This document shows positions 19,801 through 30,458 of a DNA stretch of 64,000 nt, in pieces. The notes under the pieces are model-generated. The model searched no databases. It worked only from the letters and a program-made list of their open reading frames with translations, and was not told the DNA's origin. The stretch is from Promethearchaeia archaeon (GTDB lineage Archaea > Asgardarchaeota > Lokiarchaeia > Sigyniarchaeales > SOKP01). Made by a program: the position numbers and the translations under genes. Each line of letters opens with the position of its first letter. Position 1 is the stretch's first letter. The stretch is taken from contig JAHQWJ010000120.1 of the NCBI GenBank assembly GCA_029856125.1, positions 243,170 through 307,169 of the forward strand, given 5' to 3'.

Positions 19801-22800
19801 GTGGTTGAAAATAAAATTAGAAAGATTGAAAGAAAGGAAACTTTAGTATGTGAAACATGCAATAATACAATTCCAAAAGAGATTCTTGAAAAAAGTGTAG
19901 AGGGAGTAAAAAATCTCTATTGCCAATATTGTGGTGTGTCATTAAATCTCTTTCCCGATCCAATCGATAATATTGTATCTGGCGAGAGTCCTATTATCTC
20001 CCCTAATACCCAAAAAGAGTCGAACTTGACAAAAATTAAGCAAATTAGCCAAAAAAGCGATTTAACTTTGAGTTACTCAAATATAAGGAACGCTCTACGA
20101 AGTTATATTTATCAGCTGATTTATCAATTGTTAACAAACACTCCTGTAACCCTTAAAAAAATGGAGAATAAAAAAGAATTGAAATCTTCGCATATTAATA
20201 TAATACTCAAAAAACTTTGGAACGAATTAAAAGACTTGAATCGAAATGATTTAGCTAATCAAGAATTGGTAAGCTCAAGACGAAGAATTAGGAATTATTT
20301 TGAAGAATTTCAATCATCGCTGCGACCTTATAAAAAATTTCGAAAGGTTAATTTTGCTCTTTTTGCAGAAAACATCGAATTCGTTTTCGGGTTAATTTTA
20401 GGTGATTACGAATTCTCGAACCTTGCAACCTCTAAAAAACGGATAGTACTCAATTTAAAAAAGAGTTTTGGATTTAAATCAGATACGGCAACAACGAATT
20501 CGTTTACTTACAACATCTCGTTAATCGTTAGTAAAAAGATTCGCAGCATACTTAGTCAATATCACATTACAGAGGGGAACGATAATAAATTAGCATTAGA
20601 TGAAATAATTGGTCATGTTATTGATTATATAGTCACTAATAAGGATAACTTATCTGATTTAAGTGAATTCAACAACTCCAAAAAGAAAAAGTTTCATAAA
20701 ACACTGGAAATATTAATCGCCAATTTAAAAACTGACTGGATTTATCGCAAGAGCTTTGAAGATCACATCTATAGATTAATTATAGTCGTCAATTCCTTAA
20801 TGAGCGATGCTGATTATTCTTCCAACCTTATTGGATTTGAGCGGCTTATCAGCCAAGGATTAACACAATCAGCTCTCTTTGAAAAAGACCAGGATTTCTC
20901 TCCTCATTTTAAACTAAATTTAACTCTGATATTGTGTCGAATTATATACATAAAAATAAAGAATTCCCCTAGTATAACCAAATTAAGCTCTCAACCCGTA
21001 AATTTGAGCATTACGGAAGAAAATGAAATTAGAAATTCAATTTTAGATGAAATTACAGCAGGTAAAAAAATCAACTCTCAATTATTGAAGAAGTTTTATA
21101 AGTTCTCGCTAGAAAAATTTCAAACTTATTATGAAAAATTACAATTAAAATTATCTTCGGATTTGATATATGTGGAGAGCTTTCGTAATTACCTTAGTGA
21201 CCTTGTAAAACTCGTGTTTACTATCGTACATTCAATTTCAAAAAAATCACATCTTACTCAACTCGAACTTGCTGTGGTAAAAGACTTAGCAAACTATAAT
21301 TTTGAATGGTTTTATAAAAAACCAGAGAGGACCTATTTCTATTATTTAAATTCAACTAATCATTCTAATGAAGATGAGAAATCTATTAATCTAACTTTGA
21401 ATAATCAACACCTTGATAATTCCTCGGAAGAAAAGCATGTCAACCGAATTCTTAAACTTGCAAAAGAGCTAGTGGATAAAATGCAGCAACAGCAAAATGA
21501 GAATCTTAAAGAATTAGGATATGACGGGAGCATACCTTTAAAAGAGTTTGTCTTATACGATAAAGATATAGCTAGACTTCTTCAGAAGGGCATTATCAAG
21601 GATATAGACGATTTAATCGGCATTAAGGGAATGCTTCGATATGGCTTCGTAGGTTTTACTTATAGGGCAATCGACAGAAAAACAATGTTCTTTCAAAGTG
21701 GTTTATCGTTCGTCCCCCATCCTAATCGACTTAATTATTATCTTCGTGACTGTGTTTTCAAGCCTAAGAAATACCAATTTAAAAAAACGGGTACTAATCA
21801 AATATATGGTTGGATAGCTAAGGCAATCGATAGAGAATGCGGTTTAGCGTCATTTAGGAAGGAAATTGCTGAAGGAAAAATTGGATCTTTATATAAGGCA
21901 TTAAATAAAATGTTTAAATTTGAGATTACTGGAGTCTTTTGGGGCGAAAAGTCAGTAAGAAATGCTGAGGACGAGCAAATTGCTGTTACTTTATTAAACA
22001 CTGATCGCAAAGGATTAATAAGGTTACTTAGCCGAACGGGTATAGGATACGATATTCTTAATCCTTCCTCTTTAAACATGAAGAAAATAACCGAAATTAG
22101 GCGGAAATACGGAATCTCTAAAAGTATGATTGGAATGGGGTTAAATGATCCATTATCTTCAGGACACGGCGGTTATCCCAAGTATATAAAAAGTTATATT
22201 TGGAGGTGTGGTTATTACACAGCGCTTGGTATGTTACAGACTCAAATGCACGAAGAAATGAAGAAAAATGGTTTTTATAAAAAATCACTTCCAGCCTTTA
22301 GGTGGGAATATGCGAGGTGGTTTGGGAACCTTAAGCAAGGCAGAGAATTGTTCTTCGAACCTATACTTGAAGGTTTAAAGGAATTGTATGGTTATTCCGA
22401 AAGTGACCTTAATAGATTATTCCCACTTGCTAAGAAATTTGATAAAGAGCTGTTCATTCATTTGACTGAAGAGAACTATGAATTACTTGAAATTGCAGAG
22501 AAGATGGGTCACAATGCTGATCATCTAGGAGATCTGGCTAAAGATTTAATTCCTCAAGAATACGATTTTATAGAACAATATAAATTTACAAGTAATAAAA
22601 AGCAGAGGTCGTTTGAAGATTTACAATATTATTTGGTAGCTCAGAAAATATTACGCTATTATTTGGAAGACAAATCAAGAGGTGAAATTATAACGAGTTT
22701 TGATGGTGGAATATCTAATGATAATTTCAGAGAAGTTCTTAAAAGAGTTTTACATACTCAAAAATATTCTGAACTTCGAAATGTTGCTGAAGAACCCCTG

Positions 22801-23154
22801 CTAAGGCTTCTAATTTTAGATATTAATCCTTCACAAGTATCTGACATTGTAGACGATAGTAGATGTTGGATGTCGAAGTTTACGATGTATAAGAAGTTAA
22901 AAATTTACTATAAAAACAACCCATTAGTTCAGCGATTACTTTCTAGGAAGAATCTCAATTCTTTAGAAATGGCAAGAGCAGCTATAGTCGGGACAGAATT
23001 AGAGAAATATTATAAGCTGGGACTCTCGGACAAGCTTATATTAAGGAAACTCAATAATAAGTACACTTTAACCGAAATAAGAGACTTGACTATATTGATT
23101 TGGGGTCGTGATCCCGATTCCGTGAGGTTAATGCTCCATATTGGTGTGTTGTAA
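19801..23154 (+). CDS. large protein: N-terminal Zn ribbon, helical repeats, degenerate GIY-YIG-like domain, HTH-like C-terminus
   Basis: CETC...CQYC; GFTYRAIDRKTMFFQSGLS...NRLNYY...FKFEITG...AEDEQI...GLND...GHGG. Confidence 0.6.
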   Translation: MVENKIRKIERKETLVCETCNNTIPKEILEKSVEGVKNLYCQYCGVSLNLFPDPIDNIVSGESPIISPNTQKESNLTKIKQISQKSDLTLSYSNIRNALRSYIYQLIYQLLTNTPVTLKKMENKKELKSSHINIILKKLWNELKDLNRNDLANQELVSSRRRIRNYFEEFQSSLRPYKKFRKVNFALFAENIEFVFGLILGDYEFSNLATSKKRIVLNLKKSFGFKSDTATTNSFTYNISLIVSKKIRSILSQYHITEGNDNKLALDEIIGHVIDYIVTNKDNLSDLSEFNNSKKKKFHKTLEILIANLKTDWIYRKSFEDHIYRLIIVVNSLMSDADYSSNLIGFERLISQGLTQSALFEKDQDFSPHFKLNLTLILCRIIYIKIKNSPSITKLSSQPVNLSITEENEIRNSILDEITAGKKINSQLLKKFYKFSLEKFQTYYEKLQLKLSSDLIYVESFRNYLSDLVKLVFTIVHSISKKSHLTQLELAVVKDLANYNFEWFYKKPERTYFYYLNSTNHSNEDEKSINLTLNNQHLDNSSEEKHVNRILKLAKELVDKMQQQQNENLKELGYDGSIPLKEFVLYDKDIARLLQKGIIKDIDDLIGIKGMLRYGFVGFTYRAIDRKTMFFQSGLSFVPHPNRLNYYLRDCVFKPKKYQFKKTGTNQIYGWIAKAIDRECGLASFRKEIAEGKIGSLYKALNKMFKFEITGVFWGEKSVRNAEDEQIAVTLLNTDRKGLIRLLSRTGIGYDILNPSSLNMKKITEIRRKYGISKSMIGMGLNDPLSSGHGGYPKYIKSYIWRCGYYTALGMLQTQMHEEMKKNGFYKKSLPAFRWEYARWFGNLKQGRELFFEPILEGLKELYGYSESDLNRLFPLAKKFDKELFIHLTEENYELLEIAEKMGHNADHLGDLAKDLIPQEYDFIEQYKFTSNKKQRSFEDLQYYLVAQKILRYYLEDKSRGEIITSFDGGISNDNFREVLKRVLHTQKYSELRNVAEEPLLRLLILDINPSQVSDIVDDSRCWMSKFTMYKKLKIYYKNNPLVQRLLSRKNLNSLEMARAAIVGTELEKYYKLGLSDKLILRKLNNKYTLTEIRDLTILIWGRDPDSVRLMLHIGVL

Positions 23155-23196
23155 GGAATATAAATATCGCAATATCATTGTTAAATAACAGTTTTC

Positions 23197-23218
23197 CATG
23201 TAAATTAAGTTTTACATG
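23197..23218. promoter_or_regulatory. perfect 8-bp inverted repeat CATGTAAA-N6-TTTACATG
   Basis: Read directly in the intergenic region upstream of 23325. Confidence 0.4.
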
Positions 23219-23324
23219 AGTTAAAAGCGAGAATTCTACTCTTATTTAATCATGTGTTTCTCTGTTTTTACTGGAAACGAAGCAAAAGTTTGAGCTTTTT
23301 ATAGTTTTAACGTAAAAAACTATC

Positions 23325-24131
23325 ATGGGAATTCACGATCACTCGGCAATAGTATCAAAAATAAAACGAGCACCTGAGAAAGCGAATATTCACAATCTCT
23401 TTATCTTTAACAAATCTGGAATATGTATCTATGGTTTAAATCTCACAAATCTTTACCCTATAGAGCAAGAACAGCTTATCTCTTCTTACTTTACAGCTCT
23501 AATGTCATTCACAAAAGAATTGATTGGAGAAAAAATTAAAACCTTAGAAATTAGCGGTGGAATTAAATTGGTAGTATTTGAAAAAAAATCATTATTTTAC
23601 AGTATTCTTTGTAGTACAATTGAAAATTTAGAGTTTCTTGAAGATTTAATTTCTAAAATTGAATCGCAATTTATGAATTATGTTAATAAAAATAACATAA
23701 AAATGGATTTAGAATATGTTTACGACGAGCATTTAAACTATCTCATAGAGGATATTATCAAGGAGCCTTTTACCAACGAATTCGATATTGTTAAACAAAA
23801 AGAGGTAATAAATTTCCTTATCGATTTTAAGTCAAACGACGATATTAAAGGTGTTATTCTTTTAACTCATAGAGGAAATGTAATTTACTCATCAATAAAT
23901 AACATTATGTTGAAACCATTCCTAAAAGAAGTGGATTTTAGGGTGAAAATATCGAATAATTCTATTTTAAAATTATTTTATACTTCTAAAAACAAGGAGT
24001 TAATTTTTTCTGAAAATATTAACGATCTGTTTATAGTTATTCTTATTTTTGAAAGTAAAATTAAATTTGGAATAGCTGAGTTTTATTTACAGAAAGTTGT
24101 AAGAAAAATTAAGAACTTAATTGGACTGTAA
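23325..24131 (+). CDS. longin-like + roadblock/LAMTOR-like two-domain protein
   Basis: IHNLFIFNKSGICIY...LISSYFTALMSF (longin-like); DIKGVILLTHRGNVIYSS...KFGIA (roadblock-like). Confidence 0.65.
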   Translation: MGIHDHSAIVSKIKRAPEKANIHNLFIFNKSGICIYGLNLTNLYPIEQEQLISSYFTALMSFTKELIGEKIKTLEISGGIKLVVFEKKSLFYSILCSTIENLEFLEDLISKIESQFMNYVNKNNIKMDLEYVYDEHLNYLIEDIIKEPFTNEFDIVKQKEVINFLIDFKSNDDIKGVILLTHRGNVIYSSINNIMLKPFLKEVDFRVKISNNSILKLFYTSKNKELIFSENINDLFIVILIFESKIKFGIAEFYLQKVVRKIKNLIGL

Positions 24132-24282
24132 CTAAGGATAGCGTTAAGTTAATACAACTTAATTTGAAATATTCACACTTGAAATTGAGAAACTGTAAAC
24201 ATGAATTCTTTATGATTTATAAAATACAAATTAAAATATCTTAATAAATAATAAAATGTAAAAACTTAAAGTGAAATTTTAA

Positions 24283-24786
24283 ATGACCAAATCAGAAGAG
24301 GGATTAAAAACAGCTTTTGCTGGTGAATCCCAAGCTAATAGGAAGTACTTGGCTTTTTCGAAAAAAGCTGAGCAAGAAGGCTTTCCCGGTGTAGCACGTT
24401 TATTCCACGCTGCTGCTGCCGCCGAAACGGTGCACGCTAATAATCACCTGCGAGTCTTAAAAGGCATCAAATCAACCGCTGAAAACTTAAAAGAAGCAAT
24501 TGAAGGGGAATTTTCTGAGTTTACAAATATGTATCCCGAATTCATAGAAAATGCAAAAACTGATGGAAACCAAAGCGCTGAACGTTCTTTTAATTACGCT
24601 AATGATGTCGAAAAAGTACACCATAAATTATTCAAAAAAGCATTAGAGTTACTGGAAAATGGGAAAGATCTAGAAAACAAACCAATGTATGTCTGTTCTG
24701 TTTGCGGATATACACAAGAAGGAAACCCTCCAGATACATGTCCCGTTTGTAATTCTCCTAAAAAGGTTTTTAATAAAATCGATTAG
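24283..24786 (+). CDS. rbr: rubrerythrin
   Basis: AFAGESQANRKY, AETVHA, EKVH, and a C-terminal rubredoxin-like CSVCGY...CPVC. Confidence 0.95.
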   Translation: MTKSEEGLKTAFAGESQANRKYLAFSKKAEQEGFPGVARLFHAAAAAETVHANNHLRVLKGIKSTAENLKEAIEGEFSEFTNMYPEFIENAKTDGNQSAERSFNYANDVEKVHHKLFKKALELLENGKDLENKPMYVCSVCGYTQEGNPPDTCPVCNSPKKVFNKID

Positions 24787-24802
24787 AAACTTATCTTTTT
24801 TT

Positions 24803-26386
24803 TTAAATTGTCCAAGGCTTATAACCGCCCTGTATTTTACGGAAATAATCATCAATTGAGAATCCCAATTCCTTTTCAGCCCTGCGCAACGCGCCCATAG
24901 TTGCTCCATAAGCGTAATACCGTAATAGTAATTCGGAAATAGAAGAATCACCTAAAGAGATAAGTGCCTGTAATCTCGCAGCGTTGAGTGTTCTTTTTAT
25001 GTGTTTGAATTTAATTTTAATTGAAGATAAACGTCCTAATTCGTTTTCTAAGGTTTTAAATCTCTCCAATAAAATATTTAGATTTTCAGATAAATAATAA
25101 TGGCATTCATTCTCATATGGGGTGTTTAATTTAGGAATAAATGGGTTTATATTTACTTTTAATTGATTTCTAGTAAAACCTAACTTTTCAATAGATTTTA
25201 AGAGAGTAACTATATCTAAAATATCGTCATCAGTTTCCTTAGGTAATCCAATTATAAAATAAAATTTTACATTTTTAATTTTGGACTCCCGAATCATTTC
25301 TATTGCGCGGAAAATTGAATCATTAGAAACTTTTTTGTTTAAGTCATATCTTAGCGAATCATTACCCGTTTCAGGAGCTATTGTAATTGTTTTTATATCG
25401 CTTCGCTCAAGGATTTGAATAATTTTGGGTGTGATATGTTCAATTCTTATTGAGGGTAAACTAAATCGTTTACTAGAGTTAAGTATAAACTCACAGATTT
25501 CAGAAAATCGAGGATGTGAGGAGACACAGGAACCTATAAGGCTAAATTTTTCAAAATTTGAATAATTCAATCCATTTTTAATCGATTTAATAATTTCATC
25601 GAAACTTTTATTTCTGAAAGGGTAGTTATGAAAAGAAGATAAACAAAACTTACAGCGAAAGGGACACCCCCTATTTATTTCAACAAAATAATTTTCTTCA
25701 AAAATCTTTTTTATATTATCACTTTTCGATAATAATTGGTATGTTGGAGTAGGTGATTGATCCAAATTTTCCAACACAGCACGATTTACAGGATTATCTA
25801 TACTTGGGATATAAATACCTTCAATTTCTGAAACTTTGTTAAAAAAATCTTCAGTAGAATAATTGTTGGTTTTAAATTCTAAAAATTTATCAAAAAAATC
25901 TTTCAGGTTTGGCTCAGCATCTCCAATAAAAAAAAGATCAAACACTTTACTCATTGGTAAGGGATTAGAAGTTATAGCAGGACCACCACCTATTATTAGA
26001 GGATAATGTTCTGAATTTCGAGATAAATTGCTTAATCGCTTCTTAGATTCCAAAGGAATTTGAGCTTTTTCCAAAATCCATAAGATGTTTTTGAAATTGT
26101 TTTCATAATGAACGGAAAATCCTAAAATATCAAAATCTGTAGGTAATAACGCATTTTCAATGCTTCGAATGCGATTGATAGGAGAGTAGTCGTCAGACGC
26201 GGGATATTTTATATTTTCTGGAAGGAAAAATCGTTCACAAGCATAATTTGGAATCGAATTTATCATAAAGTAGAGCAATCTAATAGAATAAGAGGACATA
26301 CCCATTTGATATGTATTTGGATAAATTAATCCAAACGATAAATCAATTTTTCTCCAATCTTTGATAATTATGTTTTCTTCAAACAT
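24803..26386 (-). CDS. radical SAM protein
   Basis: EINRGCPFRCKFC (CxxxCxxC), YPNTYQMGMS, IAPETG, FIPKLNTP. Confidence 0.9.
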   Translation of the reverse strand: MFEENIIIKDWRKIDLSFGLIYPNTYQMGMSSYSIRLLYFMINSIPNYACERFFLPENIKYPASDDYSPINRIRSIENALLPTDFDILGFSVHYENNFKNILWILEKAQIPLESKKRLSNLSRNSEHYPLIIGGGPAITSNPLPMSKVFDLFFIGDAEPNLKDFFDKFLEFKTNNYSTEDFFNKVSEIEGIYIPSIDNPVNRAVLENLDQSPTPTYQLLSKSDNIKKIFEENYFVEINRGCPFRCKFCLSSFHNYPFRNKSFDEIIKSIKNGLNYSNFEKFSLIGSCVSSHPRFSEICEFILNSSKRFSLPSIRIEHITPKIIQILERSDIKTITIAPETGNDSLRYDLNKKVSNDSIFRAIEMIRESKIKNVKFYFIIGLPKETDDDILDIVTLLKSIEKLGFTRNQLKVNINPFIPKLNTPYENECHYYLSENLNILLERFKTLENELGRLSSIKIKFKHIKRTLNAARLQALISLGDSSISELLLRYYAYGATMGALRRAEKELGFSIDDYFRKIQGGYKPWTI

Positions 26387-26422
26387 ACAGAAATTACCAT
26401 AATTCGTTAGAACATTGTATGA

Positions 26423-27223
26423 TCAAGAATCTAGCTCCCGTCCTTTTAATAATTTCTTAATTTCTCCAACAATTAAAGGTAAAACTCTCCCAATTTTATG
26501 GTTAATTACAACCTCTGCTTTCTCATCTAAGTCTGTTCTCTCATCATTTACTATTATTAACTTTCCCTTTTCTCTTAATGTATATAACGGTAAATCACAC
26601 ACAGGAGCAACTGAAAGGGAAGACCCTGCAATTAACATTACATCCGCTTTCTGAGCTAAAGCTTGAGATTGGTACATCTCGAACCGGGGTGGAGCTTCAC
26701 CGAACAAAACAACAGAGGGTTTAAGGGGAGAAGCGCAATAATCACATGAAGGTCCTGTTTTCTTCTCTTTTTTTAATTTTCGAAAGATTTGTTCTTTTGT
26801 ATATGATGCTCTACATCCAAAGCAAGTAAACCTATTGACGCTTCCGTGGATTTCATAAACTATTACAGAACCAGACTGTTGATGAAGTTCATCTATATTT
26901 TGAGTGATTACTGCTTTCAATATACCCAAATCTTCGAGCTCTGCAAGAGCGTAATGCCCTAAATTCGGTTTTGCTCTAAATATATTTGGAGCAATCTTTT
27001 TAGCCATTTCCCAGAATTTAGTTGGATTTTTAAGAAACGATTGTATGTTTCCATAAATTTCTGGCTTGTATTTTTCCCAAAGGCCTCCCTCGCTTCTAAA
27101 ATCCGGGATGCCTGATTCTGTAGAGATTCCCGCCCCAGTTAACGCTATAGCTTCTTTTGAATTAAAAAGTAAATTTGCTGCTTGCTGAATTTTCTTTTTT
27201 TCAAGTAAATTAATAATTTTCAT
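26423..27223 (-). CDS. cobB: NAD-dependent protein deacylase (sirtuin)
   Basis: GAGISTESGIPDFR, TQNIDELH, EIHGS, two CxxC, KPSVVLFGE. Confidence 0.93.
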   Translation of the reverse strand: MKIINLLEKKKIQQAANLLFNSKEAIALTGAGISTESGIPDFRSEGGLWEKYKPEIYGNIQSFLKNPTKFWEMAKKIAPNIFRAKPNLGHYALAELEDLGILKAVITQNIDELHQQSGSVIVYEIHGSVNRFTCFGCRASYTKEQIFRKLKKEKKTGPSCDYCASPLKPSVVLFGEAPPRFEMYQSQALAQKADVMLIAGSSLSVAPVCDLPLYTLREKGKLIIVNDERTDLDEKAEVVINHKIGRVLPLIVGEIKKLLKGRELDS

Positions 27224-27483
27224 GTACTTTGGTTAGAATTTCTAGATTAAGAATTGAATATAGATACGATGTTCTAATGGCTCGATTATTTTTATAATAT
27301 TTTTAGAAATTATTAAAAGTTACTTGTTATAAACGTACAGAAAAACTATAAAATTCCTAAAATTAAAATATCTCTTATATATTCTTTTATTTAAACTTGA
27401 TTCAAAGGAAAAGAATTATATTTTTCGTTAATTTAAATTCTTTAAGGGATATTTTAAGTGATAAACTATTGTTTCTTTAGAAA

Positions 27484-28371
27484 ATGATTACTGGTTTCTC
27501 TATAATCTTAGATGATGATGTGTTATATGTTTCAAATGAAAATAAGTATCCTACATTTGAAATAGTATTATTTGTCAAGAAGTTAATAAGTAGTCTTAAT
27601 CCTAAAAATTTTTGGCGTTTAACTAATATCTATTTCGAAGGAGAGACTGGTAAAGAACGAATGATAATAAAGCACATAGTCACAGAGAATGATCAAAACC
27701 TATTTTTTTGTATAACAGGTGATTTCCTTTCTAATTCTGAAGAAATTTCTAAACTCATGGCAGAATATTACGAAAAAGTTACATTGAACTATGAAACTGT
27801 AGAATTTATTCAAAAAGCCTCAAAAAATTCCGAATTCTCAAAAATTATCAAGCTCATTACTGCTTATCTATGGGATAAATATCGAGAACCATTGGAAGAT
27901 GAAAATATAGATTTAAAATGTTCTGATACAGAAAATAAAATAATATACTGTGGGATTTCTTCTCAGGGATTGCCAATTATTTCACAATTATACGACAAAA
28001 CGCTTCTACACAACTTTCATAGAGAAATTACAGGTGAAAATATAGAATTGCTTAGCTCAAATATTTCAGCTAATTTAGCTACGATAGCTATGAATACTCA
28101 AATCAGAGCTAAAACTAATATTAAAGAAGTTCATTTTGATGATTTAGGGGAAAATGGATGCAAGAAAATAATTCTCTATAGTAATATTAACGAATATTCC
28201 TTAGATTTCATTGCTTCTGGGGATTTTGTTAAAATTAAGGAAATTTTCAAACAATTAGAAGATAATTTCTCTCAAGAACAAGTTTTAAAGAAGGAGTTCA
28301 TGGGTGATTTAAAACCATATAGATATTTAAAAACCCACCTCGATGATATGATCCTTCAATTTGATCAATAA
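27484..28371 (+). CDS. hypothetical protein, probably tandem longin-like domains
   Basis: Two alpha/beta halves beginning MITGFSIIL and IIYCGISSQGLPIIS, both ending in K..F/Y...L...L helices. Confidence 0.5.
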   Translation: MITGFSIILDDDVLYVSNENKYPTFEIVLFVKKLISSLNPKNFWRLTNIYFEGETGKERMIIKHIVTENDQNLFFCITGDFLSNSEEISKLMAEYYEKVTLNYETVEFIQKASKNSEFSKIIKLITAYLWDKYREPLEDENIDLKCSDTENKIIYCGISSQGLPIISQLYDKTLLHNFHREITGENIELLSSNISANLATIAMNTQIRAKTNIKEVHFDDLGENGCKKIILYSNINEYSLDFIASGDFVKIKEIFKQLEDNFSQEQVLKKEFMGDLKPYRYLKTHLDDMILQFDQ

Positions 28372-28402
28372 TTCCTAAATAAAATGTTTCTTTCTTATTC
28401 TT

Positions 28403-29692
28403 ATGAAGGCTGTTATTTTAGCAGCAGGAAAAGGTAGCCGGCTTAATCCCATCACATCTACGGTACCAAAACCAATGATTCCTATTGGAGGTAAACCATT
28501 ATTAGAACACGCTTTATTAAACTTAAGAGATATAGGTGTTCAAGAAATTTTAATAATCGTCGGATACAAGGAAGAAATTATAAAGAATTATTTTGGTAAT
28601 GGACTATCAAAATTCAAAGTTAAGATCCAATATACTACACAATTAGAACACTTAGGAACAGCTCACGCTGTTGGTTTTGCTAAAGATTTCGTAGGGGATG
28701 ATGATTTTTTCCTAATGTATGGTGATTTATTAACAGATCCACAAGTATTTAAAGACATTTTAGAGATTTACCAGAAAAGTAGCTGCGAAGGATTAATTTC
28801 ATTATTTGAAGTCAACAATCCTCAAGAGTATGGGATTATTTCATTGAGCAATGAAGGATATGTTGAAAAAATATCTGAAAAACCTTCTATAGATTTAAAT
28901 CTTGGTAATCTAGCGAATGCTGGAATATTCATCTTTAATCCTTTAATATTCGAAGCTATAGAATTAACAGAGTTATCTGTACGAAATGAATATGAGTTTA
29001 CTGATTCAATGCAAATTTTGATTAACCAGTTAAAGGGAAAAATTAAAGGGTATATTATAAAGGATTTATTCTGGAGTGATATAGGATTACCTTGGCATCT
29101 TTTAGACGCAAATGAATTTATATTAAAAAGATTGAAATCCAGTTTGGAAGGAAAAATTGAAGAAAATGTAAATGTGTCAGGTAATGTTTTCATCGGCAAA
29201 AATACATTAGTTAAATCAGGTTCTTACATTCAAGGACCTTGTTATATTGGAGAAAAATCCTTAATTGGCCCAAATGCATACATACGGCCATACACCTACA
29301 TCGGTAATAATTGTCACATTGGAATGTCTGAGGTTAAGAATTCGTTAATTTTCTCAAATACCTCTATTCCTCATTTCAATTATATTGGCGATTCTATTAT
29401 ATGTGAAAATGTTAATCTCGGGGCAGGTACAAAAATATCCAACCTAAGATTTGATAATAAGAGTATATCGATGATTATCAAAGGAAAATCCATCAATTCA
29501 GGGAGAAGAAAATTAGGTGCTATTATTGGACCAAACACGCAAACGGGAATTAATTCCAGCATAATGTGTGGCAAAAAAATCGGGCGAGATTCGATAATAG
29601 GTGCTCATACAATTGTAAACGAAGATATTCCGTCTAATACTTTATACTACCAAAATGAAAACGGGATAATAAAAAAAGCTAGAAAAACATGA
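28403..29692 (+). CDS. glmU: bifunctional sugar-1-phosphate nucleotidylyltransferase/acetyltransferase (archaeal GlmU)
   Basis: LAAGKGSRLNP...PKP, EKP, hexapeptide repeats, HFNYIGDS, NLGAGT, GRRKLGAIIG. Confidence 0.9.
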   Translation: MKAVILAAGKGSRLNPITSTVPKPMIPIGGKPLLEHALLNLRDIGVQEILIIVGYKEEIIKNYFGNGLSKFKVKIQYTTQLEHLGTAHAVGFAKDFVGDDDFFLMYGDLLTDPQVFKDILEIYQKSSCEGLISLFEVNNPQEYGIISLSNEGYVEKISEKPSIDLNLGNLANAGIFIFNPLIFEAIELTELSVRNEYEFTDSMQILINQLKGKIKGYIIKDLFWSDIGLPWHLLDANEFILKRLKSSLEGKIEENVNVSGNVFIGKNTLVKSGSYIQGPCYIGEKSLIGPNAYIRPYTYIGNNCHIGMSEVKNSLIFSNTSIPHFNYIGDSIICENVNLGAGTKISNLRFDNKSISMIIKGKSINSGRRKLGAIIGPNTQTGINSSIMCGKKIGRDSIIGAHTIVNEDIPSNTLYYQNENGIIKKARKT

Positions 29693-29718
29693 AATAATTA
29701 GATTTAAAAATCCTAAAT

Positions 29719-30450
29719 TTAAGCCTTAGTAAGCTTCCTAACGCTAATTCTTTCAGTTCTCCTTATGTCACTCTTTCGAGATCGCTTGACATCAACTTCG
29801 ACTACCTCAAAGTCTTCATCTTTAGTTACGAATTCTGTATCCTCGCCTCCCTCTGGAACGCTTACCAATTTACATTTAATGATTGCACAGTTCGATAGTG
29901 GATAAATGGTTTTCGCAATTCTTACGATTTGATTGGTAAATTCTTTATAAATCATTCCAGTAATGAACTTTTCATGGTTTAATGTTTTTGCGAATTCTAT
30001 CAAAATTTCTCTCATGATTTTACGAATTATAATTTGTTGCGAACTTCGGGCTCGGGCTATAGTAGTGCATATAATCGTTAACCTATAGACATATTCGTCT
30101 TTAGTAGTAAGATTAATTATGGTTTGAATCTTCGAGCTTCCTCTTCCGATCAAGGATCTAACATAATCGTTAGTATATGAATGCCCTAAAAATATAGATT
30201 GTGCTTGCTTTGCTTCTTGATTAACTTGTACTACTTTGAATTTCAATTTTAGACTTACATCTTCGTAACGGTTTGAAAAATCATATAGTAAGGCTTCAAT
30301 GGTTCTTCCGTTAAGGTTATTTTCCATTCCGATTATTTCGCCAATAGGTTTAAAGTTGAAGCTTTTTGGGGCGATGACATTATACCATTCTTTATCTTTG
30401 AATGAAACTCTCCTTAATTTTGACTTCTTTTTTTTTGCTTTCTGACTCAT
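29719..30450 (-). CDS. rps3ae: 30S ribosomal protein eS1 (S3Ae)
   Basis: KDKEWYNVIAP, GRTIE, DYVRSL, TIYPL motifs. Confidence 0.95.
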   Translation of the reverse strand: MSQKAKKKKSKLRRVSFKDKEWYNVIAPKSFNFKPIGEIIGMENNLNGRTIEALLYDFSNRYEDVSLKLKFKVVQVNQEAKQAQSIFLGHSYTNDYVRSLIGRGSSKIQTIINLTTKDEYVYRLTIICTTIARARSSQQIIIRKIMREILIEFAKTLNHEKFITGMIYKEFTNQIVRIAKTIYPLSNCAIIKCKLVSVPEGGEDTEFVTKDEDFEVVEVDVKRSRKSDIRRTERISVRKLTKA

Positions 30451-30458
30451 ACCTTAGT

